This document shows positions 1 through 10,608 of a DNA stretch of 64,000 nt, piece after piece. Origin of the DNA: Akkermansia muciniphila (GTDB lineage: Bacteria; Verrucomicrobiota; Verrucomicrobiia; Limisphaerales; UBA9464). Made by a program: the position numbers and the translations under genes. The stretch's first letter is position 1. Each line of letters opens with the position of its first letter. The DNA is taken from assembly GCA_945861565.1 (NCBI GenBank), contig CAMAUY010000008.1, positions 6,032 through 70,031 of the forward strand, given 5' to 3'. The notes under the pieces were generated by a model. It was not told the origin of the DNA, did no database searches, and saw nothing but the letters and a program-made list of their open reading frames with translations.

Positions 1-133
1 GCTACCCGTGCTGAGCATGGGGATGAGCGGAGATATGGAAGTGGCCGTCGAGGAAGGATCGACCCTGATCCGATTGGGTACCGCATTGTTCGGGGAACGC
101 CCTAAACTCCAACGTCAGCCCGATGGAGCCTAG
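1..133 (+). CDS. yggS: YggS family PLP-binding protein, 3' end only (truncated by window edge)
   Basis: Frame from nt 2 reads [33 protein letters not shown], the conserved C-terminal LSMGMSxD...GST.VR.G..IFG motif; TAG at 131-133. Confidence 0.9.
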   Translation, partial: LPVLSMGMSGDMEVAVEEGSTLIRLGTALFGERPKLQRQPDGA

Positions 134-184
134 CCCGGCAGTTCCGACTTCTGGACGGGCGTTCCTTAGGCTAGCCTGTCACCC

Positions 185-1036
185 ATGCAACTTCGAAAAC
201 TAACACTCGGGCATTCGCCGGATCCCGACGATGCTTTCATGTTTTTCGGACTGGCCAAGGGTTTGATCGCGACACCCGGCCTCGAGTTTGAGCATATACT
301 CCAGGACATCCAAACTCTCAATGAACGGGCGACCCGCGGCGAGCTCGATATCTCCGCCATCAGCATCCATGCCTATGCCCACGTCTGCGAACAGTACGCT
401 TTGCTCCCCAGCGGGGCCAGCATGGGGGACGGATACGGACCCATGGTGGTCGCCAAAAAACCGTTTTCTCGGGATGAACTTCGCCCGCGGCGCATCGCCA
501 TTCCCGGCACCATGACCAGTGCCTTTCTGGCGCTCCAACTCTGGCTGGATCGCCCGGCGGTCGACTTAAATTATATCGTGGTTCCATTCGATGAAATCTT
601 CACGGCGGTCCGACAGGGGCGGGCGGAGGCCGGCTTGATCATTCACGAAGGGCAGTTGACGTATCAAAATGAAGGGCTAACGGTTTGCGCGGACCTGGGC
701 GTCTGGTGGGGACAGGAAAATGAAGGACTTCCCCTTCCGTTGGGTGGCAATGTCATCCACAAGCGAATCCATCCCCACTTGCGAAAACAGATTTCCGACA
801 TCCTCACCACGAGTATTCAATTTAGTCTGGACCATCGGACGGAAGCGGTCCGTCATGCTCTGCAATACGCCCGGGACATGGGCGTTGAATTGGCGGATCG
901 CTTCGTCGGCATGTACGTAAATCACTGGACCCTCGACTACGGCGAGCGGGGTCGGGAAAGCATTCGCCGTTTCCTGAGTTGTGCCGCCCAACGGGGGATC
1001 ATTCCAAGCGTACCCGCCCTGGAGTTTGTGACCTAG
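185..1036 (+). CDS. mqnD: 1,4-dihydroxy-6-naphthoate synthase (futalosine menaquinone pathway)
   Basis: LGHSPDPDDAFMF N-terminus, LIIHEGQLTY and PLPLGG motifs; 283 aa. Confidence 0.92.
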   Translation: MQLRKLTLGHSPDPDDAFMFFGLAKGLIATPGLEFEHILQDIQTLNERATRGELDISAISIHAYAHVCEQYALLPSGASMGDGYGPMVVAKKPFSRDELRPRRIAIPGTMTSAFLALQLWLDRPAVDLNYIVVPFDEIFTAVRQGRAEAGLIIHEGQLTYQNEGLTVCADLGVWWGQENEGLPLPLGGNVIHKRIHPHLRKQISDILTTSIQFSLDHRTEAVRHALQYARDMGVELADRFVGMYVNHWTLDYGERGRESIRRFLSCAAQRGIIPSVPALEFVT

Positions 1037-1089
1037 ACGCCTGCGTTGGCTTCGTGCGTTGGCTTCGACGCGCACCGCTCACCCATTCG

Positions 1090-2376
1090 TTAAATGCGGT
1101 TGAGAACCCGCTCCGCCGCCCGCACCGTTCGCTCAACGTCGTCGGCAGTGTGGGCTGCGGACAGGAATCCCGCCTCGAATTGCGACGGCGCGAAGTAAAT
1201 TCCCTCGGCCAACATTCCGTGAAAAAATCGCGCGAATCGGTCGCGATCGCTGCGTAATGCATCGGCCAAATTTCGCACCGGCTGACCGCAGAAGTAGCCG
1301 CAAAACATGGACCCGATCGACTGCCATTGTACGTCCACTCGCGCGCGCCGGGCGACCGCGCCCATTCCGGTTCGCAGTTCAGCGCCCAAGGCCTCCAAGC
1401 GTGCGTAGACGGCCCCATCCGCCAACTCGCTCAAGGCCGCCAATCCTGCCGCCATGGCCAGCGGATTCCCGCTCAACGTGCCAGCCTGGTACACCGGACC
1501 TAACGGGGCCAGATAGTCCATGATCTCCGCCCGGCCGCCAACAGCCCCCACCGGCAACCCTCCCCCGATGATCTTTCCGAAACACGACAGGTCCGGTGTC
1601 CACCCAAACCGCCCCTGCGCTCCCGAAAGCCCCAGGCGAAACCCCGTCATCACTTCGTCGATAATGAACACAGTCCCGTGTCGGCGGCAGAGGCATTGTA
1701 GTTCCTCATAAAATCCAGGCTCCGGCAGGAACAAACCGGCATTGGCCGGAATGCCTTCAACGATCACCGCTGCCAACGAGTCGCCTTGCGCCCCAAAAAG
1801 ACTTCGCAGGGCATCGAAATCATTGAACGGCAGCACCATCGTATGCCGGGCAAAATCTGCCGGAACACCCGCACTGTCTGGATTCCCCAGCGTCAATGCC
1901 CCCGACCCGGCCTTCACCAGCAGCGAGTCCGCATGACCGTGATAGCAGCCATCAAACTTCACCAACGTGTCGCGTCCGGTGAACCCACGCGCGAGCCGTA
2001 TGGCGGTCATACAGGCCTCAGTTCCGGAATTACAAAAGCGAACCTTTTCGACCCCCGGAACGTATTCCTTTACTCGCCGCGCCAGATCCACTTCATAGGG
2101 ATTGGGAATTCCAAAACTCGTCCCCTGCTCCGCCGCCGCCTTGACCGCCCCGATGATGGATGGATGCGCGTGACCCAGAATCGCCGGACCCCACGTGCCA
2201 ACGTAGTCCAGGAGTGCATGCCCGTCGATATCGGTGACGTAGGCTCCTTTGGCAGACCGAACGAAGAATGGGTTCCCACCCACACCGCGAAATGCACGCA
2301 CGGGCGAATTCACCCCGCCCGGAATGTGCTTCAAGGCTTCAGTAAACAGGGCTTCCGATAGCGGTCGAGGACTCAT
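1090..2376 (-). CDS. hemL: Glutamate-1-semialdehyde 2,1-aminomutase
   Basis: IPGGVNSPVRAF, DYVGTWGP, SGTEA, DEVMTGFR, FGKIIGGG (PLP Lys), YQAGTLSGNP; start placed at ATG 2376. Confidence 0.96.
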   Translation of the reverse strand: MSPRPLSEALFTEALKHIPGGVNSPVRAFRGVGGNPFFVRSAKGAYVTDIDGHALLDYVGTWGPAILGHAHPSIIGAVKAAAEQGTSFGIPNPYEVDLARRVKEYVPGVEKVRFCNSGTEACMTAIRLARGFTGRDTLVKFDGCYHGHADSLLVKAGSGALTLGNPDSAGVPADFARHTMVLPFNDFDALRSLFGAQGDSLAAVIVEGIPANAGLFLPEPGFYEELQCLCRRHGTVFIIDEVMTGFRLGLSGAQGRFGWTPDLSCFGKIIGGGLPVGAVGGRAEIMDYLAPLGPVYQAGTLSGNPLAMAAGLAALSELADGAVYARLEALGAELRTGMGAVARRARVDVQWQSIGSMFCGYFCGQPVRNLADALRSDRDRFARFFHGMLAEGIYFAPSQFEAGFLSAAHTADDVERTVRAAERVLNRI

Positions 2377-2605
2377 CGTCTGGAACTGTGCCGTGCCGCC
2401 GCGATCGACCGCAATCCGCAACCTCAGCAATTCTCATTTGGCCGAAAAAAAAAGCCCATCCTCACTCACCCCTGCACCCGCCGGTTTGGCAGCGTGTCCC
2501 TCCAGATCTGGAGAAAGACGCGCAGCATCCGCGGGCTCCACCCCCCGAAAAACGCAACAGCCACGGAAAGCCAACACCTTTGCCCGACCCCGACCGCCCG
2601 CAAGC

Positions 2606-3385
2606 TTAGGGACGAACCACCGCGTAATCGCTATTTCGGAGGTGATTTGGCTCCGGGCGCATCACCTTGGAGGCGACGTGACCGTCTACAAACAGCAGAT
2701 TGGCCTCGTAGGTCAGCGGATTGTGCATTTGAAAGGCGCTGTAACTCGGGCTTCGGCCGTGGGTAAAATACTCCACGTAGGCAACGGTTAAATCTCCCGA
2801 CATAATCAAATGGGAGGGTTCTTCGATTTCCTCAGTCCGGCGGTTCCATAGAATCTCGGTGGTTTGGAATTCGAATGCCTTGCTTTTCCCTTTCAGATCG
2901 AGGATGGCCATTTGATAGGAATAACTGCTGCCGTACAGTTTATAGAAACTGCCCTTAAACTGTTTGGGATCGAGTCCGGAATTAGGTCCGTACCCCTTGT
3001 CGAGCGGGCATTCCGCAATGAATTCGCCCATATACTTGGTCAGCAGGCGCTCGCGATGGGTCTTTCCCGACACATCCGTATAAGTTGGCTTTCCTCCCCA
3101 AAGATAATACTTGCAATTCTGAAAAAGCGAATCCTCCATCACCGGCCTGTTGAGGGCGTTGTATTGGGGCAACCGCCCGCCGTGATCGGGCGCGTACAAG
3201 AGAACCCCAAGACCGATTTGATGCAAATTCGAGGTACACTTGATCTTTTTCGCCATCCTCTTGGCCTTGCCTAACGCCGGGAGCAGCATCCCCGCCAAGA
3301 TGGCGATAATGGCGATCACCACCAGAAGTTCGATGAGAGTGAATGCACGGCACCCACTCCCGGCCCTGGATCGTCTTAATTTCAT
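2606..3385 (-). CDS. Prepilin-type N-terminal cleavage/methylation domain protein (PVC DUF1559-like)
   Basis: [25 protein letters not shown], CxSNLHQIG, C-terminal H...NLLFVDGHV; start at ATG 3385. Confidence 0.9.
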   Translation of the reverse strand: MKLRRSRAGSGCRAFTLIELLVVIAIIAILAGMLLPALGKAKRMAKKIKCTSNLHQIGLGVLLYAPDHGGRLPQYNALNRPVMEDSLFQNCKYYLWGGKPTYTDVSGKTHRERLLTKYMGEFIAECPLDKGYGPNSGLDPKQFKGSFYKLYGSSYSYQMAILDLKGKSKAFEFQTTEILWNRRTEEIEEPSHLIMSGDLTVAYVEYFTHGRSPSYSAFQMHNPLTYEANLLFVDGHVASKVMRPEPNHLRNSDYAVVRP

Positions 3386-3411
3386 GGCGTAATAAAGCTC
3401 CGTGAACAGCC

Positions 3412-3440
3412 CCGTTAGCCCGGCTCGCACCGATTGTCAA
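3412..3440 (-). promoter_or_regulatory. Possible sigma70 promoter for the prepilin gene
   Basis: Minus strand TTGACA-N17-TAACGG, ~27 nt upstream of the ATG; the -10 is weak. Confidence 0.3.
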
Positions 3441-3480
3441 TACAGAAAGACGCGTCCCAAAACCGCGGATAAAGGAGAGG

Positions 3481-3557
3481 AGAACCGCGGATGAACACGG
3501 ATTGACGCGGATAGAAGGGCATGGAATCTGCGTCTATCGGCGTTTATCCGTGGTTCT
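3481..3557. repeat. Palindromic interspersed repeat built from 10-bp units (module B, copy 1)
   Basis: aaccgcggat-gaacacggat-tgacgcggat ... atctgcgtct-atcggcgttt-atccgtggtt; related copies at 19981-20094 and 25943-26045. Confidence 0.85.
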
Positions 3558-3835
3558 CATTCCCCAATAGTCGGTGGCGACAAATTCAATTCTCATGGCA
3601 AGCACAGTCTGCGCGGAAATAGCGCTGCGTGCCCGAGTTGGGAAGTGCCCCGAAGGCGGTCTTGGACTGGAGTGGTATGCGCGCGGCGTATTCGTGTTCG
3701 ATACAGCATATATAACATATGCAAGCGAAAAAAGCACAGGAGAGAGTTTTTTCTCTCATTTTCAGATTCCTATCCGCGGATCAGGGACGCCGGCCTTGGG
3801 TTGACCAATTGCCCCTCACCTGATCGGCTCGCGGA

Positions 3836-5848
3836 ATGCACCCGCAAATTGTTCTCGCCGCCTTGCTCGTCTGGACCGGATTCCGACTCGCCGCCGATGG
3901 TCCCGCCGATAATCGCCTCGACAACGTTCGCCGCGTACCTCCGCCGGGTATTCCCATTCCCGCCGCCCTTCACGAAGAAATGGCCGCCGGCGCGCAGCGA
4001 TTGGGCACCGAGTTGCTCTCGCTCCGCCAGTCCCTGTCCAATCAGCCCGCACTGCTGGCACTCCTGCCGGATGTGCAGATTTTTCACAAGTCCGTCGACT
4101 GGGCCTTCCGCTACGAGGAAGTGTTCCGAACCAATGAATTCGACGCCGCGCGCCACCAACTGAACGAGGGTTTTCTCCGCGTGGCCGCTCTCCGCTCCGG
4201 AAAGAGCCCCTGGACAAGCCAGCGCGGCCTGGTGGTCGGCGGTTACCGGTCACGAATTGATGGCTCAATCCAACCCTTCGGGCTCGTTGTCCCCGATTCT
4301 TGGGAACCGGGATCAGGTCGACGCCATCGGCTGGACTTCTGGTTTCACGGCCGCGGGGAACAATTGAGTGAGCTCGCATTCCTTTCGGATCGCATGCGCA
4401 ACCGGGGTGAATTCACGCCCGCCGACAGTTTCGTTCTGCATCTCTATGGCCGCTATTGCAATGGAAGCCGCTTCGCCGGCGAAACGGATTTTTGGGAGGC
4501 GTTCGACGAGGTGCGACGACGGTATCCCATTGATGAAAATCGCTTGGTAGTCCGCGGCTTTTCGCTGGGGGGCGCGTCGTGCTGGCATATGGCGACTCAT
4601 TTTGCCTCGCGGTGGGCCGCCGCCGCACCCGGTGCCGGTTTCAGCGAAACAGCAGATTTTTTGAAAGTATTCCAGAAGGAGACTCTCACTCCAACATCGT
4701 GGGAACAAAAGCTCTGGCGGATGTACGACAGCACGGAACACGCCCTGAACGTCAGCATGGTACCATTGGTCGCCTATAGCGGTGCCGATGACACACAGAT
4801 TCAGGCCGCCCGGGCCATGGAGCGAGCGCTCGCCAACGAAGGGATGCTGCTAACGCACCTGATCGCTCCGAAAACCGGTCACCGCTACGAACCGGCGACC
4901 AAGGCGGAACTCAATCGCCGCATCGACGCGCTGGCCGCTCACGGCCGAAATCCGTTCCCCCGCGACCTCCATTTCGTCACCCACACCCTTCGCTATAATG
5001 AGATGGCGTGGGTCACGTTAGATGCTCTCGTCCAACATTGGGAACCGGCGCGGGTTGAGGGTTATTGTGACCCTGATGCGAGCGCAGTCGAGCTTCGCAC
5101 CACGAATGTGACGGCCATCACCCTGCGTTTCCCCCCGGGCACCGAGCGCCTCGACCCGCGCCGGCCCGTCTCAGTTGAACTCGACGGCGAAGAAATTTCT
5201 GCGGGCAAACCGGGCTCGGATCGGTCTTGGTCCGCATCCTTTCACCGCCGGGGAGCTTCCTGGCAATTGGGTCGGGCTCCGGCCACCTCCCGGATCAAGA
5301 AACATGGTCTGCAGGGCCCGATCGATGATGCATTCATGGATTCTTTTATGCTGGTTCGCCCCACCGGTGTTGCTTTCAACCCAACCGTCGGTGCTTGGGC
5401 GACCCACGAGTTCCAGCACGCTGCCCAGCACTGGCGCAGTCACTATCGGGGCGATCCGGTGATCAAAGACGATGTCACGGTTTCCGACGCGGATATTGCC
5501 AGCTCCAATCTGGTTCTCTTCGGTGATCCTCGGAGCAACCGCCTCCTGCAACGGATCTTGGAGCAACTGCCCATGCAGTGGAATGAATCGGAACTGACCG
5601 CCAACGGGCGGCACTATCCGTCGGCATCCCATGCGCCGGTTCTCATTTTTCCGAATCCATTGAATCCAGAACGTTATATAGTTTTGAATAGCGGATTCAC
5701 ATTCCGCGAGTACGACTACCTCAACAACGCGCGTCAAACTTCCAAACTGCCCGACTGGTGCGTCGTCGACACGACCAAGCCCGTCACGTCCCGCGGACCC
5801 GCCGTGGTCGCAGGCGGATTCTTTGGTGAACATTGGGAGTGGCAGTAA
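3836..5848 (+). CDS. Exported alpha/beta-hydrolase (prolyl oligopeptidase S9 / esterase-like)
   Basis: Signal peptide; GFSLGG nucleophile elbow, GADD and TGH candidates for the rest of the triad; 670 aa. Confidence 0.75.
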   Translation: MHPQIVLAALLVWTGFRLAADGPADNRLDNVRRVPPPGIPIPAALHEEMAAGAQRLGTELLSLRQSLSNQPALLALLPDVQIFHKSVDWAFRYEEVFRTNEFDAARHQLNEGFLRVAALRSGKSPWTSQRGLVVGGYRSRIDGSIQPFGLVVPDSWEPGSGRRHRLDFWFHGRGEQLSELAFLSDRMRNRGEFTPADSFVLHLYGRYCNGSRFAGETDFWEAFDEVRRRYPIDENRLVVRGFSLGGASCWHMATHFASRWAAAAPGAGFSETADFLKVFQKETLTPTSWEQKLWRMYDSTEHALNVSMVPLVAYSGADDTQIQAARAMERALANEGMLLTHLIAPKTGHRYEPATKAELNRRIDALAAHGRNPFPRDLHFVTHTLRYNEMAWVTLDALVQHWEPARVEGYCDPDASAVELRTTNVTAITLRFPPGTERLDPRRPVSVELDGEEISAGKPGSDRSWSASFHRRGASWQLGRAPATSRIKKHGLQGPIDDAFMDSFMLVRPTGVAFNPTVGAWATHEFQHAAQHWRSHYRGDPVIKDDVTVSDADIASSNLVLFGDPRSNRLLQRILEQLPMQWNESELTANGRHYPSASHAPVLIFPNPLNPERYIVLNSGFTFREYDYLNNARQTSKLPDWCVVDTTKPVTSRGPAVVAGGFFGEHWEWQ

Positions 5849-5911
5849 AAAAAATTTGATCGGGGTAGAACACATTCAACTTGCGCCCTCTGGGCTCTCG
5901 GCCAACGTTGC

Positions 5912-6814
5912 TTGTATCCTATGAGTTTTCCCTTCTGCCTCGCCCGTATGCAGGTCTTCTGGGTTGCCGCCATCCTATGCGTTGCGGGTCAGTCCGTGTC
6001 GCAGGCCAAGACGATTCTTTTGATTGCCGGCAAGGCGAGTCACGGGCCGGGCGATCATGAGTTCCGGGCGGGCTCGTTATTGTTGGAAAAGGGCCTGGCC
6101 ACGGTTCCGGGCCTGCATGTCTTGGTGGCCTCGAACGGTTGGCCGACCGATGAGAGCATTTTTGAGCGAGTGGATGCGGTCTTGATCTATGCGGACGGCG
6201 GAGGCGGTCATCCGGCGATTCAGGGCGACCGGATGAAGCGAGTGGATGCGCTGGCGGCGCGGGGGGTCGGCCTTGGGTTTGCCCACTACGGTGTGGAAGT
6301 GCCCGCGGGGGATCCCGGGGCGGCGATGCATCGGTGGGTGGGGGGTCACTATGAACATCAGTTTTCGGTGAACCCCATGTGGAATCCGGATTTCACCGTC
6401 TTACCAGACCATCCGGTGACCCGCGGGGTAAAGCCATTCCAGGTTACCGACGAGTGGTATTTCAACATGCGCTGGGTGCCGGGGCTAAAGAATGTCACAC
6501 CGATTCTCGTGGCGACACCGAGTGATGCGGTACGCAAGGGTCCCTATGTCTATCCAAAGGGTCCCTACGAACACATCGTGGCGGCGTCTGGACGACCCGA
6601 GACGATGATGTGGGTCTTTGAACGTCCGGGCGGCGGGCGTGGAATGGGTTTTACCGGGGGGCATCGGCATGTGAATTGGGGGAATGAAAACTTTCGCAAG
6701 GTGGTATTGAACGGATTGCTATGGCTGGCGCATGTGGAGGTACCTGGCTCCGGCGTCGAGGTATCGTTAACCCCCCAGGATCTACGCCGAGATCTGGACT
6801 TTAAGCCGAAGTGA
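5912..6814 (+). CDS. ThuA (trehalose utilization) domain protein, exported
   Basis: Signal peptide; IAGKASHGPGDHE, YADGGGGHP, DEWYF, GFTGGH, FRKVVLNGLLW. Confidence 0.85.
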   Translation: MYPMSFPFCLARMQVFWVAAILCVAGQSVSQAKTILLIAGKASHGPGDHEFRAGSLLLEKGLATVPGLHVLVASNGWPTDESIFERVDAVLIYADGGGGHPAIQGDRMKRVDALAARGVGLGFAHYGVEVPAGDPGAAMHRWVGGHYEHQFSVNPMWNPDFTVLPDHPVTRGVKPFQVTDEWYFNMRWVPGLKNVTPILVATPSDAVRKGPYVYPKGPYEHIVAASGRPETMMWVFERPGGGRGMGFTGGHRHVNWGNENFRKVVLNGLLWLAHVEVPGSGVEVSLTPQDLRRDLDFKPK

Positions 6815-6938
6815 TCGTAGGGGCTTTTAACAGTACGCTCGGCTGGCTCATGGCAAGGCCCATTCAAACGCTTCGAAATCGAGCGGGTGCAAAGCGTGTC
6901 CCATCAACTCAACGGGTCCCAATTTCTCCCGCCCCCTT

Positions 6939-7802
6939 TTACTCACTGAATTTCGCGGACACTTGGATCGGGCCGCCAGGGAGTCCGTCGTAGCGAACCG
7001 TGAGCGTTTGACCGACTTTCGGTGGCTGCGGGCGGGCAAAGCTGCCCAGACTGATCAAGTCGCCCGGCCTTAGTTGCTCGCCCGTCTCACCGAGGTCTTT
7101 AATCAACCACAGCACGGGGTTCAGGGGGTGACCGAGCAGCGCGTCGCCTTTGGCTTTCGCCAGTTCGGCACCCGTCTGGTCGGTCGCAGTCACCGTCATT
7201 TTCCCCAACGCGGCGACGAATTCGGGGGTGGATTGAATCTTCACCCGCTGGCCCAGCACGCCGAGGCGCGCGCTCGTGTTAATGGCCGTAATCAATGAGC
7301 CATCCATCTTCTCCGTCTCGGCGACGATACGATCTGGCAATTCGATGAAGGCCACGATCTCGCTGAGATGACGCGCGACTTCGAGTGGGGTCGTCGCATG
7401 ATTGATTCCCAAGTCTTTCACGACGACGACGAGGTCGGGTTCCCAGATCGGCCGCGCGCCGAACGTCGCCGACACCGTCGCGCCGTCCGGCAGCATCATG
7501 TCGCGGAGCAATACGCCGCGCACGGGAGCCGTCGCCCCGAGAGACTCCTGCACAGCCTTGCTGGTGAGGCCGACTTTGAAGCCGACACGCGGACCGAGTT
7601 TGGGGGTTAGTCGGCTCACGAAATCTTTTTGGGCGTGCCGGGCTTCATCCAGGCTCAGGCCACTGTGCAGAGTTTGGCTCGGGCGCTTGGCAAAATAGTC
7701 TTCGGTCAGCTGATTGATAACGTCGGCAGTCGGCGCGGCGGCTCGGAGGGCCAGGCCCATGGAAGACAGCGCCACGAAGAGCAACGCTCGGGTAAGGTTC
7801 AT
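6939..7802 (-). CDS. 2-keto-4-pentenoate hydratase-like protein (FAH superfamily) with signal peptide
   Basis: GFKVGLTSKAVQ, FIELPD, GHPLNPVLWL, PGDLISLGS; hydrophobic N-terminus ending in ALRA-AA. Confidence 0.8.
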   Translation of the reverse strand: MNLTRALLFVALSSMGLALRAAAPTADVINQLTEDYFAKRPSQTLHSGLSLDEARHAQKDFVSRLTPKLGPRVGFKVGLTSKAVQESLGATAPVRGVLLRDMMLPDGATVSATFGARPIWEPDLVVVVKDLGINHATTPLEVARHLSEIVAFIELPDRIVAETEKMDGSLITAINTSARLGVLGQRVKIQSTPEFVAALGKMTVTATDQTGAELAKAKGDALLGHPLNPVLWLIKDLGETGEQLRPGDLISLGSFARPQPPKVGQTLTVRYDGLPGGPIQVSAKFSE

Positions 7803-7847
7803 AAAGGATTTAAAGGGTTGAGGATAATCGGCTGCTCGGCAATCCCA

Positions 7848-9182
7848 TCACGCCGTCTGGGGGGCCGGCTTCTCCGGCGGTGCCGGCTCAGTTTCCGATT
7901 TCTCCAGCGGCGTCACCGAGTCGATCCCCATCCAGCACAGCGCGCCGAGAAGGTAAATGGCGGCCGAGACCCAGAAGGTCGCGGACCAGTTGTTATTGGA
8001 GAACTTCAAAATATAGCCGACCGCAACCGGCGCGATGCCGCCGGCGATGTTACCTGCCATGTTCATGCTGCCCGAGAGCGTCCCAGCGTATTTGCCGCCC
8101 ACGTCCATGCAGCCGCCCCAGCTTCCGGCGAGGGTGAGATCGAGGAGGAAACTGGCGATGCCCATCAAGATCATTGCCCCGACGGGGCTCTGGAGAGACA
8201 TTGAGGCGATCAACATGCCGGCGGCCGTGGTAAAGCCGAAGTAAGCAAGGTAGCGGCGCGCGCGACCAAGATCTTTGAGCAGTCCCGCCAGCCGGTTGGC
8301 CACGATGCCGCCCATCAACGAACCCAGTCCGCCGAAAAACAGCGGGAACCCCGCCAGCAGCGCACTCTTCTGCAGATCCAGGCCGCGCGCTTCCTTTAAG
8401 TATGTCGGCAGCCACGTAATGTAAAAATACCAGCCGTAGGCAAAACAAAAGTATTGCAGCCACAGCATCCAGACCGTGCGCGAGCGCAGCATCTTTCCCC
8501 ACGGTACGTTGGCGTGCCCGGCGGAGTTGATCTGCGTTTCTTTGAGCAGTTCAAGTTCGGCAGCGTTGACCCCCCGGTGATCACGCGGATTATCCCGAAA
8601 CCAGCGGTAGAAAAAAAACGCCCAGACGACGCCAAGGACGCCAAAGACCACAAAGGCACGGCGCCACGACATCAGCGTAAACACCCACACCACCAACATG
8701 GGCGTAAACGCGCCGCCCCAACGAGCGGTTAGCCACATCACACCCACTGCGCGACTGCGCTCGCTCTGCGGCAGCCAATTCGTGAACATCTTGGCCAAGT
8801 TTGGAAAACAGCCGGCCTCGCCCGCGCCGAACAAAAAGCGCATCACCACGAGCGACGAAAGATTCCACGCCCAGCCGGTGGCCGCTGTGAAGAACGACCA
8901 CCAGACCACGACGCGCATCAGCACCTTGCGCGGTCCAATCTTGTCACCCAGCCAACCCCCGGGAATTTCAAATAACGCGTAGGCCCAGGCGAACGACGCA
9001 AACGCCCAGCTCATCTCCACTTTCGTCAGGCCGAGATCCCGCTGAATGTCCGGCGCGGCCTGGGAAATACAGACTCGGTCAATGTACGTGACGATGGCGA
9101 GCGTGGCCGCAAAAGCCAAAATCCAATGTCGCGTGCGCGATGGACGCAACGGGGGCGCTGTGGGATCGGTCGCAGTCGGCAT
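7848..9182 (-). CDS. MFS transporter, anion:cation symporter (galactonate/glucarate/hexuronate type)
   Basis: TYIDRVCIS, GWLGDKIGPRK motif A, RFLFGAGEAGCFP; ~12 TM segments. Confidence 0.9.
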   Translation of the reverse strand: MPTATDPTAPPLRPSRTRHWILAFAATLAIVTYIDRVCISQAAPDIQRDLGLTKVEMSWAFASFAWAYALFEIPGGWLGDKIGPRKVLMRVVVWWSFFTAATGWAWNLSSLVVMRFLFGAGEAGCFPNLAKMFTNWLPQSERSRAVGVMWLTARWGGAFTPMLVVWVFTLMSWRRAFVVFGVLGVVWAFFFYRWFRDNPRDHRGVNAAELELLKETQINSAGHANVPWGKMLRSRTVWMLWLQYFCFAYGWYFYITWLPTYLKEARGLDLQKSALLAGFPLFFGGLGSLMGGIVANRLAGLLKDLGRARRYLAYFGFTTAAGMLIASMSLQSPVGAMILMGIASFLLDLTLAGSWGGCMDVGGKYAGTLSGSMNMAGNIAGGIAPVAVGYILKFSNNNWSATFWVSAAIYLLGALCWMGIDSVTPLEKSETEPAPPEKPAPQTA

Positions 9183-9306
9183 AGTGGTGGCCCCGAAGAA
9201 TATCTAGGCCCCTCCGCAGTTCCATCTTTCTTTTCTCGCCCCGCTCGGATCAGCCTTCGGCGATCCCGCTGGCATTCTGCTTATGAAATCCAATCACTCA
9301 TTTCCC

Positions 9307-10605
9307 ATGAAACCTCTCGACCGTCGCTCATTTCTCACCCGGGCCTTGGGTGCCGCGGGAGTGTCTGCAACCGGCTCATTGAATCTGACCGCCGCCGAGT
9401 CGCCCTCGGAAAAGGGCGCAGCGTTTTTGAAGGAAGTCGCCGAGAACGAACGCATCGCTCGGAGCAAGAACGCCAAGCCAATGATCGGTCTCGGCGACAA
9501 ACTCAAGATCACCAAGGTCGAAACTATTTTCGTCAAGCCCCGCTGGCTGTTCCTCAAGATTCATACGAACGCCGGGATCACCGGGCTGGGCGAGCCAATC
9601 GTCGAAGGGCGCGCGAAAACGGTCGCCACCGCGATTGAGGAATTAATTCCCTACCTCTTGGGCAAGGATCCGCGTCCGGTCGCCCATCACTGGCAGGCGA
9701 TGTATCGGCATGCTTTCTATCGGGGTGGACCCATTCTCACGAGCGCAATTAGCGGGGTGGATCAGGCGCTGTGGGACATCAAAGGGAAGGCGCTCGGCAT
9801 ACCGGTGTACGAATTGCTCGGCGGCCCCACCCGGTCACGCGTGCGCACGTATGCCCACGCTGGAACCGTGGAGCAAATCAGAAGGCGGAAGGCGGAAGGA
9901 TTCACCGCATTCAAGACCGGACCCTACAAGGAGCGCCCAGCCCGCATCGTCGAGAACAAGGCGTTCATCGATAAGGCCGCCCAACGCTTCGCCGAACTTC
10001 GCGCGGCAGTTGGGGATGAATGCGACATCGGCATCGACTTCCACGGCGCCCTCAGCCAGCAGACCGCCCGGCTGCTCATCAAGGCACTGGAACCCTATCA
10101 GCCCATGTTCATCGAAGAGCCCGTCAACTGCCAGGAGGTCGATGTCATGGCCGACATTGCACGCGGCACGCACCTGCCGATTGCAACCGGGGAGCGAATC
10201 TTCACCAAGTGGGGCTTCCGCGAAATCTTGGAGAAGAAGGCCGCGACGATCTTGCAACCCGACCTTTGCCATGCCGGTGGCATCACCGAGTGCCGTTTAA
10301 TTGCCGGCATGGCCGAAGCGCATTACGCCGCCATCGCGCCGCACAATCCCCTCGGGCCGATTTCACTGGCGGCGGGAATCCATCTCGCCGCTTCGATTCC
10401 AAATTTTCTTTGCCAGGAGCAATCCAGCCTCGGCGTGGGCTACATCAAGAAACCATTCGAAATTCGCGACGGTTACATCGACATCCCGACTGCGCCGGGC
10501 TTGGGCGTCGAACTCGATGAAGAATTACTCGCGAGCAAAATCAATCACGACTGGCGCAACCAGGAAACGTACGACCCGGAGGATGGCTCGGTGGTGGACT
10601 GGTAA
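9307..10605 (+). CDS. dgoD: Galactonate dehydratase (enolase superfamily) with twin-arginine signal
   Basis: DRRSFL Tat motif; PRWLFLKIHT, GLGEP, FYRGGPILTSAISGVDQALWDIKGK, DFHG, FIEEP, ATGER, APHNPLGP. Confidence 0.88.
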   Translation: MKPLDRRSFLTRALGAAGVSATGSLNLTAAESPSEKGAAFLKEVAENERIARSKNAKPMIGLGDKLKITKVETIFVKPRWLFLKIHTNAGITGLGEPIVEGRAKTVATAIEELIPYLLGKDPRPVAHHWQAMYRHAFYRGGPILTSAISGVDQALWDIKGKALGIPVYELLGGPTRSRVRTYAHAGTVEQIRRRKAEGFTAFKTGPYKERPARIVENKAFIDKAAQRFAELRAAVGDECDIGIDFHGALSQQTARLLIKALEPYQPMFIEEPVNCQEVDVMADIARGTHLPIATGERIFTKWGFREILEKKAATILQPDLCHAGGITECRLIAGMAEAHYAAIAPHNPLGPISLAAGIHLAASIPNFLCQEQSSLGVGYIKKPFEIRDGYIDIPTAPGLGVELDEELLASKINHDWRNQETYDPEDGSVVDW

Positions 10606-10608
10606 TTC

